DNA of 64,000 nucleotides from Podarcis erhardii. Lineage: Eukaryota. The stretch lies in NCBI GenBank assembly GCA_964252035.1, contig OZ176207.1. One strand, given 5' to 3'. The notes under the pieces were generated by a model. It saw only the letters and a list, made by a program, of their open reading frames with translations. It did no database searches and was not told where the DNA came from. The position numbers and the translations under genes are program-made. Below are positions 26,463 through 39,172 of the stretch, in pieces. Numbering within the stretch: the stretch's first letter is position 1; each line of letters starts with the position of its first letter.

Positions 26463-27451
26463 CCGGTATATTATTATTATCATTACTACCCCTGCCACGG
26501 GGTAGTGTATTTATTACCTTGTACCACTTGCACACTAGCTGGCTTCATTGTCAATCGCTCCTGGGAACACAGAGGACCTCCTGGGAACACAGTCTCCTCT
26601 GCACTGGAGAGCCATCTTGAAGCAATCACATCAGTGGTCCTTCCCATCTTACCATTCTGCAGCAAGACCAGGCACTTGATAGGAGCACTAGCCATGCCAA
26701 CTGGAAAATCCCTCAGAGGAAGTCTGGGCCTGGATCTAGACACATCAAAGAAACATTTCATTTTGAAGTATTGTAAATTTAAACAGGGAAAACAGGTAGA
26801 GAAAAACGGGACTCCACATCGCCATTCGGTGGGTCACAATGTTATAACGCACATACACAGCATATAAATCATCTTTTCTTTATCAGTCGAGCTGGGCCCT
26901 GGGATACCTTGCTTTAATCTATTCTGCAACCATGGAATCCACTTTGGTTTATTTTGGTTGTGTGTGTTCCTTTTTGTCCTGATGCCCCTCCTCTTTCCTT
27001 TTCTTTCCTTAAAAAAGCCCCATCTTTTCCATTTCAACGTGGTTATAGCACTGCTAATGCAGCACATTTCAGGCCAGGATGTGACGTGACCTCCTTGTAG
27101 GTCATGACCCACTAGCTGGAGACAAATGATATAAATTTAGCATCTTGTCTAGCACTGCAAGAAATGAGTATTACCGAAGAAGAGAACTACTGAAGAAGGC
27201 AGGCATAATATGCTCCCTATCCCGGTGATATAGAACAGTCGAGTAGCAAAATTAGCAGGAATGGTCTTCTTGATCAAATATTGCTGATGCTCACAAGAGA
27301 AATTCAGGTTGCAATTGGATCCATCTCTATAGCAGTCCAATATGCTGTTATAATTCCAGGGGGTTTTTTACTGCAGAGAATGAATCGAAGTAGTTGCATG
27401 ACAACAAAAGTTTGAATGTAAACCAGGCATTTGTAGATACCTTCATTCATT

Positions 27452-27457
<6 letters not shown>

Positions 27458-27506
<49 letters not shown>

Positions 27507-27507
27507 C
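27458..27507. repeat. (CT)n(GT)n microsatellite
   Basis: Direct reading. Confidence 0.95.
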
Positions 27508-27608
27508 ATTGCTGCTGTTCAAAAAAACACCAACTTCATGAATATAATTTGGACCTGCTCAGAGATTTGGCCTCATAAGATTGAGGCCCTCGGACCCTTG
27601 TAATACAG

Positions 27609-27942
27609 CATACCCTCCTTACATTTGTCCGATGAAAATAGGGATGTCCCATTCCATAATGATATTTTTGCTATTTATACCCCACACATCTTACTGAGTT
27701 GCCTCAGCCACTCTGTGCAGCTCCTAACATATATAAAAACATAATAAAACATTAAATATTAATAAAAAATGAATTCCCTATACAGTACAGGATTGTGTTC
27801 AGATGGCTCTGGGGTCAGATAACTCCATACCCTCCAACATTTCTCCAATGAAAAGTAGGACATTATGGGATCAAATCAGAAAGCGGAATGGCTTCCCTAA
27901 ATCAGGGATGTCCCTGGAAAATAGGGACACTTGGAGGGTCTG
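27609..27942. mobile_element. Non-autonomous DNA transposon containing an internal L2 3' tail
   Basis: TIR-like ends CATACCCTCC / GGAGGGTCTG; flanked by ATACAG on both sides; internal TTTATACCCC...CAGCCACTCTG L2 segment. Confidence 0.65.
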
Positions 27943-28449
27943 ATACAGGATGCAGGTATTCTTTGGTAACACTTTCAAGCATTATGTTAATAGTTTATCA
28001 TTACAACCATAAACACAACATTATAAGCTCTAGAGGCCTGTAGCCAATTCTATGGCAGGTAAATACTAATGCATACATCCCTTCTCTGCCATCTGCCAGC
28101 AACAGACACAATATATGCCCAGTCTCTCTTTCTCTCCCATCTTTTTCTAGCACACAATACCACACTGGTTCCCTTTGGACTGCAAATGTCTCTGGATGTG
28201 GTGATTCAATCATTCTAGGCTCAAAAACATACCAGCATGCATACGTGTTTATGTGTCAGGATAAAAAAAATAAATTAGAAATGCATAGAAATATTTGCGG
28301 CTATATAAATATGGATTTAAATATGAATTTTCATTTGGATTTTTAACCCACAGATTAATGCAGAAAAATGCAGGTGCAGATCTCTCACTTTGTTCTGAGC
28401 CTCTAATACTGGGTGTCATACCTTTAAGATCTTGAAGTGGACGGTACTC

Positions 28450-28600
28450 AGATCCAGGGGGCAGAATACTGCACTTCAACCCCATCCAAGCTATGGGCTT
28501 CTTAAATTGTCTTGGATAAGGTGGCAGCTGAGCCTCCATTTTTCCCATCTGTGAAATGGAAATGATGGCACTAGTAAGTGCAAATTAAATTGCCAGAGCA
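28450..28600 (+). mobile_element. Ancient MIR/CORE-SINE-like remnant
   Basis: CCTCCATTTTTCCCATCTGTGAAATGGAAATGAT resembles the CORE-domain motif. Confidence 0.45.
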
Positions 28601-29994
28601 AGCTAAGTATGAAAATAAGGAGGAGATAATCCCAGGTGAGGAAGAGATCATTAAAGAGGTTCATTCATTCGGAATGAACACATAGGAAAGTGACCCTGAT
28701 CGGAAATCAGGGCCATTTTTCCTTCCCCAGTTGCTGCCAAGTAGGAATTCCAGGTGCAAAAAACCCCCAGGGCATATCATTTCCAGAGCTCAGGTGCCCT
28801 AGGAAAACTTTGTTTCCCATGGTCTGGGAGCCTGGTACTGCAGCACCAGGAAGGGAGGGTGACGAGTTCCGCCATCCCTGTTTACGATCCAAAACAGAGA
28901 ATAATTTTCAGGGTATACGGTGCTCATTTTTGCAGCAAAGCATAGCACAAGGCTGGACAATTTTGCAATCAAAACCAGGTAATTGCAGTGGCGTCACTAG
29001 TCTCTATCTGTGGGCATGTCTGTCTGTCACCTCTGTCTGTAACAAATCTCTTTCTGTTTGGTGTGCTTGTCTGTCTCTTCACCACCTCTCCCATCTTCCC
29101 TTGCCAGCTTCCCTCTCTCGCACAGGCTGCTTTTTCACGTCTCTCCGACGCTGTCATCCATCTTTCTCTCACGGCTTTCTCACCTGTGTCACTCAACTCC
29201 CTTACCCCTTCCCTGACGCATGTGCTTCTTGTCGACATTTTTTCCCGCCATGAGTGAAATGCAAGATAAGGAAGCCGAACGTTGGAATCCATAAATAAAG
29301 CCAAGGAAACACAAATAAAAAGAATTGCGTAATACCCGAGTACAAGATGTGCACATACCTGTGAGGAACATGATGTACATCTGCGTGTGGGATCAGATAT
29401 ATGTCTCTTTTTAAAGCTCAGGAGTGGCAGCCTCTTTTAAAGTTCAGTTCTACACAGATCCTGTAAAGCAAGAATTGTCTTAGACTCTCCTATACAAGTT
29501 CGCAAAGAACAGGTTAAAGCAGCACCAAAGACGGAGAGAAAAAACGCTTTACCTTTATGCCATGGCTTGTAACCAACCACAGAAATGGATAAACAGGATC
29601 CCATTGAATAGACTCGACATGAACCAAAGCAATTACAGAGTTGGTGCTCTCTTTGCTAAACACCGAGTAGTGAGTTTATGAAGCAATAAAATGATTGCAC
29701 CTAGTTAGAACTGGGAAGACTCGTTGATTCCCTTCATATGGCATCAGGGACATGTGGTTTTGCGGCCGGCGTGCTTTTGCTTGACCCGAAGCCAACTTCA
29801 AGGAAGCCATCAGATGAGACTGCCAGTCACAACAATTGTTTCCAATGACTCAACAATTCCACAGCAGAATCTTTTCAAGCTGTTTGCAACATGGAAACAA
29901 CAAAAAAGGAAAGGGAGAGGACCACATAGCTCAATAATGGAAGCCACTTGGTACAATGCTACTATCAACTACCATATAACTTGGGGGGTGCCTA

Positions 29995-30211
29995 ATAACA
30001 ATAATACTACCCAACCCACTTGACTGCTTTGCCCCAGCCACACTGGGCGGCTTCCAGCCTATACAAAAAACACAATAAAACATTAAACATTGAAAACCTC
30101 TCTATACAGGGCTGCCTTCAGATGTCTTCTAAAGATTATATAGTTACGTATCTCCTTGACATCTGATGGGAGGGCATTCCACAGGGTGGGAGCCACTACC
30201 AAGAAGGCCCT
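29995..30211 (-). mobile_element. L2 LINE 3' fragment
   Basis: CAGCCACACTGGGCGGCTTCC...CAGGGCTGCCTTCAGATGTC...AAGAAGGCCCT. Confidence 0.85.
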
Positions 30212-30647
30212 GTATAATAATCTCTGTGTGAATCTTGGATTCGTATAGAGTTTCTCTATACAGTTCTTTTGTTCAGCATCCTAACATTCAACATACAGTA
30301 AAAAAAACTTCACATTCATACCATTGCCTTACAAAACATTGATTTGAATCATCCATTTTGCAAATAGTGAAAACTATAGATTTCCACCTGCAGCTGATCA
30401 CACTCCCCCACCCCCAATAATAACATAACCCTTTCCAATCCCTGCTGCTCCCACCATGCCCTTGGGGACCCAGCATAATTCCCTTGACCTACTGGTGGGC
30501 TAAACAGCTGGACCAGGACAGAAAATGTAGAAATGCTGAAGGAATTTGATATTGACAAGATCAGGACATAATATCATGAATAACGTGAAGAATATGATGA
30601 AATAAAATTAAAATAAATTGAAACAAAAAACTTGCAGATCAGAACCA

Positions 30648-30873
30648 CAGTGGTACCTCGGGTTACAGACGCTTCAGGTTACAGACTCCGCTAACCCAGA
30701 AATAGTACCTCAAGTTAAGAACTTTGCTTCAGGATGAGAACAGAAATTGTGTGGCGGTGGCGCAGCAACAGCGGGAGGCCCCATTAGCTAAAGTGGTGTC
30801 TCAGGTTAAGAACAGTTTCAGGTTAAGAACAGACCTCCAGAACGAATTAAGTTCTTAACCCGAGGTACCACTG
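30648..30873. mobile_element. Tigger/pogo-like MITE
   Basis: Same family and TIRs as 22405; TA on right flank. Confidence 0.9.
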
Positions 30874-31048
30874 TATGGGATTTTCCATTTCTCCAAATGT
30901 TGTGACGCAGTTCTCTGTAATCCAAATGTATCTTAATATGAATTTCAAGAGAGAGAGAAAATGTACATTTAAATATATATATTCAACTGTTATGGGTTTC
31001 CTATCAGATTTCTGTGAGTAGAACTATCAGTGTAGGCTTCCCTAATGA

Positions 31049-31165
31049 CAGGGTAGCCAATGTAGTGCCCTGCAGATGCTCTTGGACTAAAACTCCCATC
31101 AGCCTAGTCAGTAGGGCCAGTGGTCAGGGATGATGGGAGTTGGAGTCCATCAGCATCTGAATGGT
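31049..31165. mobile_element. Degenerate palindromic hAT-type MITE
   Basis: GGACTAAAACTCCCATCA...GGATGATGGGAGTTGGAGTCC core. Confidence 0.6.
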
Positions 31166-31833
31166 ATCGGAATATCTGGCCAGTGTCTTAAGACTTGACA
31201 AGAGTGTTGATAGTCCTTGCTGTTTTGCTGATGGGGACTAAGAAAGCTAAATAAAAGTCAGAAAATATTACCCATTCAGAGTCTCATTAGTCAGGGGACA
31301 AGGGCAAGGTGTAAATAACAATATACTGCCATAAACTGATAAACACTGTATGTGAAAATATCAGTTGACTGCAATGTGAGCCAGAGCAAGAAACTAAGTT
31401 TGGATTTGTTGGCAGCTGGCTAAACAACAGACAGCATGACAACTTGAGATTGCTCCATATTTATGCACTCAGTTCTGTAAGATTTCTTTTCATGCCACCA
31501 CTCCTTTCTTAATAATTGTGCTGTACATCTTATCATCTGCCTTCAACAGTGCCTGGCAGTCTGTCTCTCTTTGTTATATCTCACTGTAGATCTACATGCT
31601 TTTAACCTCACCATGTTTCCACCAGTACATATCCACCTCTTACGGATTATAGGCAATGGTCACCACCTTGCATGTTGGAGATTTTTTTTTAAAAAAAAAA
31701 AGTGGTCTCCACTCTCATTGGCTTGTAGGCATTTTAGTCCTACTCCGAGTGGACTCAAAAAAATAATGAACATAGTTAATGCCAGTCTATTACTTTCAGT
31801 GGGTTGAGTCTCATGCTCTCCCATGTTATCATA

Positions 31834-32189
31834 AAGGTAAAGGTAAAGGGAGCCCTGACCATTAGGTCCAGCCGTGCCCGACTCTGGGGTTGCGGCACTC
31901 ATCTCGCTTTATTGGCCGAGGGAGCCGGTGTACAGCTTCTGGGTCATGTGGCAAGCATGACTAAGCCGCTTCTAGCGAACCAGAGCAGCGCACAGAAACG
32001 CCGTTTACCTTCCTGCTGGAGGGGTACCTATTTATCCACTTGCACTTTGACGTGCTTTCAAACTGCTAGGTTTACAGGAGCAGGGACCGAGCAACGGGAG
32101 CTCACCCCGTCGCGGGGATTGAAACCGCTGACCTTCTGATCGGCAAGTCCTAGGCTCTGTGGTTTAACCCACAGCACCACCCGCGTCCC
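31834..32189 (-). mobile_element. Sauria SINE, full length
   Basis: Consensus-like body; TSD CATGTTATCATA at 31822-31833 and 32191-32202. Confidence 0.93.
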
Positions 32190-33054
32190 TCATGTTATCA
32201 TACATGAGGGCAAATGTGTTTCTAATATCCATTTCTCACATTAAAGATTGTTACTTTAGGGAGGCAGGGAAAGTCAACGTTGTGGAAAGGCTGGTAGGCT
32301 GCATATGTATTGGCAGGAGAACCAGATTGGTTCCGTCTGAGCTCTGAGCTCCGCCTCCCCTTCGCCCCTCCCCTTCCTGGTATACAACAGCACCCCACCT
32401 GCTGGGAAGCTGGCATAGCAGCTCTGCCCCACCAGGCAATCGGCTTTCGCCCACCTGGCACCAGGGACTGCTATGTGTGAGCAAATGCATTTGGAATGGC
32501 AGTCTCAGCCATTTAAATGCGGCTTTCATTGCTGAGTTTCTGGCATCCAAATGGGATAATTTGTGTGAGTTCCATGTTGCTCAGAGTTTCCATTAGTAGT
32601 TAAAGATGCTCTACATGCCAGATTTCTTTTGCCTTGAGCCAGTTGCTGTATGGAACTGCAAAGAAGAAAAAATTGTTTGGAGTTTATGATTGCCGTAATG
32701 CCGTAAAACTTGAGCAAGGGCACATCTACCTGGCTTGGTCCACCCGAGGAGAATTTCTGTTGCTGATTCCATAGCTGAATGGTGTGCGCCGTCATTAAAT
32801 TTCACCAGGTAATGTCTTCTATAACCACACACTGGCACACAAATGTCAGCTGTGGGTATTTTGCCACTGGTACTTCTGCGACTTAGCAATAATTCATATG
32901 AGCGCATACTGATGTGCTGGAAGTATTTTAAGTTAAAACACTTTGGGTGATGAATAATTATTTAAAAAGAAGATATCAAATCCAGTGTGGCATCTACAAA
33001 ATTGCACAGGCAAAAAAACAACAATCCCTCAACGTGTGCGCAACTACTTACTAT

Positions 33055-33447
33055 AATAATAATAATTTATTATTTCTACCCCACCGATCTGGCTGGGTTT
33101 CCCCAGCCGCTCTGGGCGGCTTCCAACAGAAGGTTACATCAGACGTTAAAAACTTCCCTAAACAGGGCTGCCTTCAGATGTCTTCTAAATGTCATATAGT
33201 TGTTTATTTCTTTGACATCTGATGAGAGGGCATTCCACCGGGCGGGCGCCACTACCGAGAAGGCCCTCTGCCTGGTTCCCTGTAACTTCACTTCTCGCAG
33301 TGAGGGAACCGCCAGAAGGCCCTCAGCGCTGGACCTCAGTGTCCAGGTTGGACGATGGGGGTGGAGACGCTCCTTCAGGTATATAGCACCAACACTTTGA
33401 ATTGTGCTTGGAAATGTACTGGGAGCCAAAGCAGATCTCTCAGGACT
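33055..33447 (-). mobile_element. L2 LINE 3' fragment
   Basis: Minus ORF YLKERLHPH...RAFSVVAPARWNALSSDVKEINNYMTFRRHLKAALFREVFNV. Confidence 0.9.
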
Positions 33448-34241
33448 ATACTGCAGTCATTCAAACAATTTTGCTGTGCTCGATTACTTTAGAGGACTGA
33501 TGTGAACTAAAAGCTGTAACTGTACCGTCACTAAGACTTTTTATTATATGCAGTATCCCCTGTTATCGGAGTAGGTTTCTGTTACGTTTCCAAGCAGGGA
33601 CACATTGATTATTTTTCTCCCGAGAAGGAGAGAAAAGTGCCTCTCGTTTGCTGCCATTCACTGAGTCCCCTGGAGACACGGTGTTATGGTCAGGCACACA
33701 TCTCAGAAAGCTTCTTCAGCAGTACTGCGATGGCATTTGAATTCTTACAAAACTATGCAATTCAAGGAAAAGCCAAGCTGCTGGCAAAAGTAATAAGCCA
33801 GCACTCCACACCTGATTAAGCAGCATTGTTTCTTAGCCCAACAACAAACCAGGTTTTCCCTGTTGCTAGACACACTCCGGAGCACCAGGAGTGCAAAAAG
33901 CAGGTGTCCCCAGCATGGAAAAATGGATGTAGCTGTGCATGTGTGTGCAATCATTCAACACGGTGCCATCGCAATGTATCAAGTTCCAATGTATCAAATA
34001 CAAGGTGACAATCTGCCAGCGGTCTACCCAACTTACAATCTAGTTTACATTGTTTAGTTGCTGAACAAAGTTCTGGGCATATGAATGTTTAGAAAACGGC
34101 TACTCCTTGCAGCCTCACACATGGTCTTTTGGATAGTCTGCCCATAGCATGATCTACTTCTGATTGGGAATGGACTGATCTGTCCATCTCAGTCAAGTGT
34201 GGCAACTCCAGGGGGCAGAGGTGTCATCAGCTCCCTCAATA

Positions 34242-34471
34242 CACTCATACCTCAGGTTACAGATGCTTCAGGTTGCGTTTTTTCAGGTTATGGGCGCGCC
34301 GATACCCGGAAGTACCAGAAGGGGTTACTTCCGGGTTTCAGCGGTTGTGCATGCACAGAAGCACCTAATCGCAACCCGCGCATGTGCAGACGTGGCACTG
34401 CGGGTTGCAAACGCAGCGGGTTGCGAACATGCCTCCCACATGGATCACGTTCGCAACCCAAGTGCCCAGTG
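34242..34471. mobile_element. Tigger-like MITE (second subfamily)
   Basis: TA-preceded CACTCATACCTCAGGTTAC start; internal GGGTTGCG/CGCAACCC inverted motifs; related to 52124. Confidence 0.6.
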
Positions 34472-34769
34472 CATTCCTTAGCAGGAGTCTCAGCACTCTG
34501 AATATTGAGAGGGCAGAGGAGGCCCAACCACCAAGCCGAGCGCAGTGCAGCATCAACAGAAGGCTGTGCCCGCCTATGCAGTGTCAGGAGACACTGTGGG
34601 GACCAGCGCAGCCTAGTGCAAGGTTGCACACAACCTGCACAGCAACTCCAGACACCACACAGACTGTTGCAGCCTTCCACTAGACCACACCGGTCTGGCC
34701 TGCATGCCACTGGAAGATGTGTCACAGATGTGCGACAAGCGCCGGCCTCACCAATCTTGGGGTCAACCC

Positions 34770-35180
34770 GGTGTCTGCAATCTCAGTTCACTTGTTTTCT
34801 CGGTTTCACAATTTGAAATTCAGTTCTCCGCACTTCTGCCGCCATTTGGGTGTGCGTGTGATTAAAACTGGTCAGCATCTTGGTGCAAAGCACATTTTTG
34901 CATGCCTTTCTGAGTACGGTACATATTCTTGCAAGTCACTTCCTCATACATTTTTGTAGGTGTGTTATTTTCACTATGTTTGTTTTTAATGCTCATTTCC
35001 CCAAAAGATATGCATTTTTTCTCGACATAATTTGCTTGGAGAACAGCACCGCAAAATTTGGAGAAGTGCAAATTTTGAAGGGTGCCTGCATTTTGGTATG
35101 CATATTGATTCAGAAAATGCAAATTTGGCAGGTCCCTCTTTAAATGTGAACTGAATCAAATTTCTACCCCACCACTAGCC
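34770..35180. repeat. Old unclassified interspersed repeat
   Basis: Reverse-orientation copy of the 10610/62133 family. Confidence 0.6.
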
Positions 35181-35309
35181 ACCCACATCCAACTCCAGCC
35201 TGATTGGTTTAACATAATGTTTTATGATGCTTTTGGGGGTTTTCTTTGTTGATTTTATCCTTATATCTTGTACTCTGCTTGCTTCTTTTATATATATAAA
35301 AGTATAGAT

Positions 35310-35428
35310 CAGTGTTTCCCAAACGTGGGTCTCCAAATCCCATCAACCCTGACCACTGGTTTTGCTAGTGAGGGATGATGAGAGCTGTAGTCTAAAAACA
35401 GCTGGAGACCCCAGCTTGGGAAACTCTG
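35310..35428. mobile_element. Palindromic hAT MITE
   Basis: TIRs CAGTGTTTCCCAA / TTGGGAAACTCTG; 8-bp TSD GTATAGAT / GTGTAGAT. Confidence 0.82.
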
Positions 35429-37317
35429 GTGTAGATAATAAATTTGTAAATGAATGGAATAAAAAAAATTAGCGAGAGGTGCCAGGGATTGCAGCTGAGC
35501 CACTACATATGTGCTCTATTACTGAACTACAATATGAACTTCTCTGTGAGGTGAGTTAGCCACCAGGGCTTTGAAATTCAAAGCCTAGCAGGTGAGCTTG
35601 CCTAAAATTTCTAGCAAAACCTTGGACAAGTGTGTGATTTCCCAAAGTTCATATGATATGCCTCAAATTTCTTAGCGCACACGTGAGCTGGGAAAACTCT
35701 GAACTCAATGTCCTTCAAGGAAAGGACTAGAGTGGTTTTCCAGTGCTCCTCTCTGCCAAGATGACCGTGATAAATATTGTTCCCAGAGGATAAGGAAGCA
35801 GGGGGAATTGAGCTCCAGAAATTTGTTGTCTGTCCTTTGCCATGTTGAACGACAACAAATGATATTAAGTCTCCAAAACTTAAGCGGAGGAGAAAAATCA
35901 CCAGGGCATAAAGTAAGAAACATAATGAGTAAACAAGTCGTCATTCATTTACAGTCAAGAAAACCTAGCAAAATTCCTCTACTGCCAGGAGAGGCCAAGC
36001 AAGCTGTTTAGTACAGCATGTTTTCCTTCTTCTTCCTGAATCAGAGCAGGGCTATTTAAATCCCAAAGGGGCTGAAAATGTAAATAAGGTAAAGTGAGCC
36101 TTTAAATGATCAGTGCACACATTGCTGTACCTACAGCATTTTGGGTTGCTATGCTGACTCAAAGCAGCTGCCAGTTCCCCCTGCAATTTCCAGCGACTTG
36201 CTAACTGATCTGCAAGTCCCCAAAGTGTGTTATCTTTAATGTGCCTCTAATTTTGCTACAAGCTTGGTATTTATAGCATCTTTATTTATTTACAGCTAAT
36301 TAAGCTGTAAAAATAAATTCTGATTTTTTTAAAAAAAGCTTTAAAAAAAGGTACATGCAAAACTATTATTGATGAGTTAAGAAATTCCCGGCAAAGAGCA
36401 CACATTTTCATGTTTTGCAACATGTAAACAAAGCTCCCCAGCCCCACATTATTATATCTAATTAGACTTGGAAATCTGTGACAATCATAATTATTCGTTT
36501 GCACAAATAGCTTACAGTGTGTCTCGTTTTTGTTTTTGTTTTTGAATTCCCCGTTAAAGCGAAAGATGGCAAACGTGAGGAGGGGGTTGGAAAGAGATTA
36601 TAAATGCTGAATGAAACTGTGCTACATGTACAGTTTTTGTTTTTGCAAGGCTAATCAGCCATTGCTGCAGAGATGAAAAATAATTTAACAGCGACGTATC
36701 ATATACTTGGCAGGTGGCAATCTATCCAGAATTTCATCATGAAAATGAAAGGCATCATTTTCTGTGTGTGTATCCTACTTCCCTTCCAAAAAAACATACT
36801 ACAAAAATCTTGAATGTGTTTCCTCTGCTAGTAAAAATGTCAATTTTCAAAACGACAAAGAAGAGTCTGCCACCACCATCATGAGCATAGCTGTCAACTT
36901 TTCCCTTTTCTTGCGAGGAATCCTATTCGGAATAAGGGAATAAGGGAAATGTTGACAGCTATGATCATGAGCAGAGGTTCTACCCTATGAAACAGGGCTC
37001 CCTTTCAATGCAAAAATACATGGAGCTTCATACTTGGGCAAAACTTCAACTCATAGCAGCATCTGTTGCCGATGGGTCTGTTGAATTGGAGCCACTCCCG
37101 TATCTAAAATTTATGTCACCCAAGGCTGTATTTCAGATCTTTCTCATATCTCAGGGAGTCGAGTGTGGGTGGGTGGCATCGATTCAGGCTCCTCTTTGCA
37201 TGCCCACACAAAAGAATATGTTTATGCTGTTGAAAGCTGCTCAGGTGATAAGGGAAGGTCAGGGAAAGGAGTCGGAAATCCATGGAGTCTGCTGGCTGCA
37301 AGAAAATAAGGCATGTA

Positions 37318-37559
37318 CAGTGGTACCTCAGGTTAAGAACTTAATTCGTTCTGGAGGTCTGTTCTTAACCTGTAATTCTTCTTAATCTGAAGCACCACTT
37401 TAGCTAATGGGGTCTCCCACGGCCGCCGGGCCGCCAGAGCACGATTTCTGTTCTCATCCTGAAGCAAAGTTCTTAACCCGAGGTACTATTTCTGGGTTAG
37501 CGGAGTCTGTAACCTGAAGCGTATGTAACTTGAATCGTACGTAACCCGAGGTACCACTG
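37318..37559. mobile_element. Tigger/pogo-like MITE (opposite orientation to 22405)
   Basis: CAGTGGTACCTC TIRs; TA TSDs. Confidence 0.9.
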
Positions 37560-37665
37560 TAGAAGGTTATCAAAGTTAGGAAATGCAAAATAGGCTGCAA
37601 CCAGACTGGAGGGTAAGCAATGGAAGCTGAAATGGGGAGGATTGGCATCTAGTAATGGTAGGGCT

Positions 37666-37996
37666 CAGGGGCGCCAGCTCCTGGGGGCTGAGCCCCTTTT
37701 TGCCACCCACTTTTTGGGGTAAGGTCTGCCCCCCCATCCAAATAACATGGAGGCAAAGCATGGCATGGCTCCAATGGCTGACTCCTTTTCCTTTTCCTCC
37801 TGCCCTCGAGGGAAAGGAGAGTTGAAGCAGCCTCACTGGTGGTGGCCCCAGGAGTTGGCGGAGGAAGAGCCACCCACCATTGAAGCTACACAGCTGCTGC
37901 ATTCGGCTCTGCCCCAGGCTCCTCCCAATACCGGGGCATTGATGTCATGTGTGATGTCATGTGCGTGATGTTGGCCTTTGCAAGGTGGCACCTCTG
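37666..37996. mobile_element. GC-rich hAT-like MITE
   Basis: Imperfect TIRs CAGGGGCGCCAGCT / AAGGTGGCACCTCTG; left end resembles the 38762 element. Confidence 0.45.
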
Positions 37997-38708
37997 GTAA
38001 GTGTAATTTTCCTGCCCCAAATGCCTGGAATCACCTCTGAGAGGCAAAACCCAGGACCACTTGGAGGACTACAGAAGATGCTGAGGAATCACAGGCAGAT
38101 ACGTGTGATTAGAGAGGTGAGAGTCTGTGGGCATTTTGCAAAGAATCTGAGGGCATCTCAGTCACAGCTCTATGACTGCATGCTGCTTGATGGGTCCTCA
38201 GAAAGAAAGGCACTCCTAAGGGTTGCTGCATGGTTAAGCTGGCCCTGGGGCCGAAGCCTGGGGGAAGTGGATATTTCCCCTAGGCCCAGAGGAGACTGGA
38301 TCACAGTCAAGACCCATTATTGGAGGCAGGGACAGGATGCATGCTTGGGGGTCATGCATGAAGATGTTTCTGCAAACTTTTTTCTCTGGACCTCCATGGG
38401 ATGTCCAGGTATTATAACAGTTTGTGAGATTCCCAAGAATAAATCAGAAGCAGTGTTGGAATGGAATATGTAGCATTCTAGACTGTGAGCTGCTGGGCCA
38501 GGCTGTCTTCTAAAAATGAAGGCAACAGAAAGAAGATGATTGTACAGAAAACTCTTGGACTCATAGCTTCATGACAGAGAGGAGTGTGCCTGCCACTTTA
38601 TGTGACATGCTCAGTCAAGAACTGCAGTTCCGAAAGCTCCTACCATCATTCCTCATGCATCCTTAGGAGGCACTTTAGCTGACAGCTGCTGGGAGGGACA
38701 AGTGCAAT

Positions 38709-39136
38709 CATATATCCACCAACATTTCTCCAGTGAAAATAGGGATGTTCTATTCCATAATCATAGGCGCCGACTCCATGGGGCCTGAGGGGGCCCGAGC
38801 CCCCTCAAAAATTCGTTTGGGGGGCCTCCGCCCCCCCAATAATTTAAGAAAAACAAAGCCACTCCCGATCTAGAGAGGGGGTGGGGCTGCGGGCTCTCGA
38901 CCCATCAACAATCTCGCGGGGCTGGCGTCAGCCCCGCGAGAAGCGGGGATTCCCCCTAGCTCATTAATATTCACCGCCCACGGCGGCAGCCAATCGGCTG
39001 CCGCAAAGGGCGGGCCCTCACAGGTTCACTTAAGGTCGGGGCAGCCCAGGGCTCGCCCCTTTCGTTCCCCCAGCAGCAGCGGTTTGGAGGTCTTGGGCCC
39101 CCCCAATATTTTTTATAAGTCGGCGCCCCTGTCCAT

Positions 39137-39172
<36 letters not shown>

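Noticed and set aside
27149-27340. Minus ORF with possible exon boundaries (DGSNCNLNFSCEHQ...)
   Set aside because: Phase is incompatible with neighbouring candidates; no homology recognised.
34197-34816. Cluster of overlapping 94-145 aa ORFs
   Set aside because: They arise from a GC-rich MITE and adjacent sequence with few stop codons.
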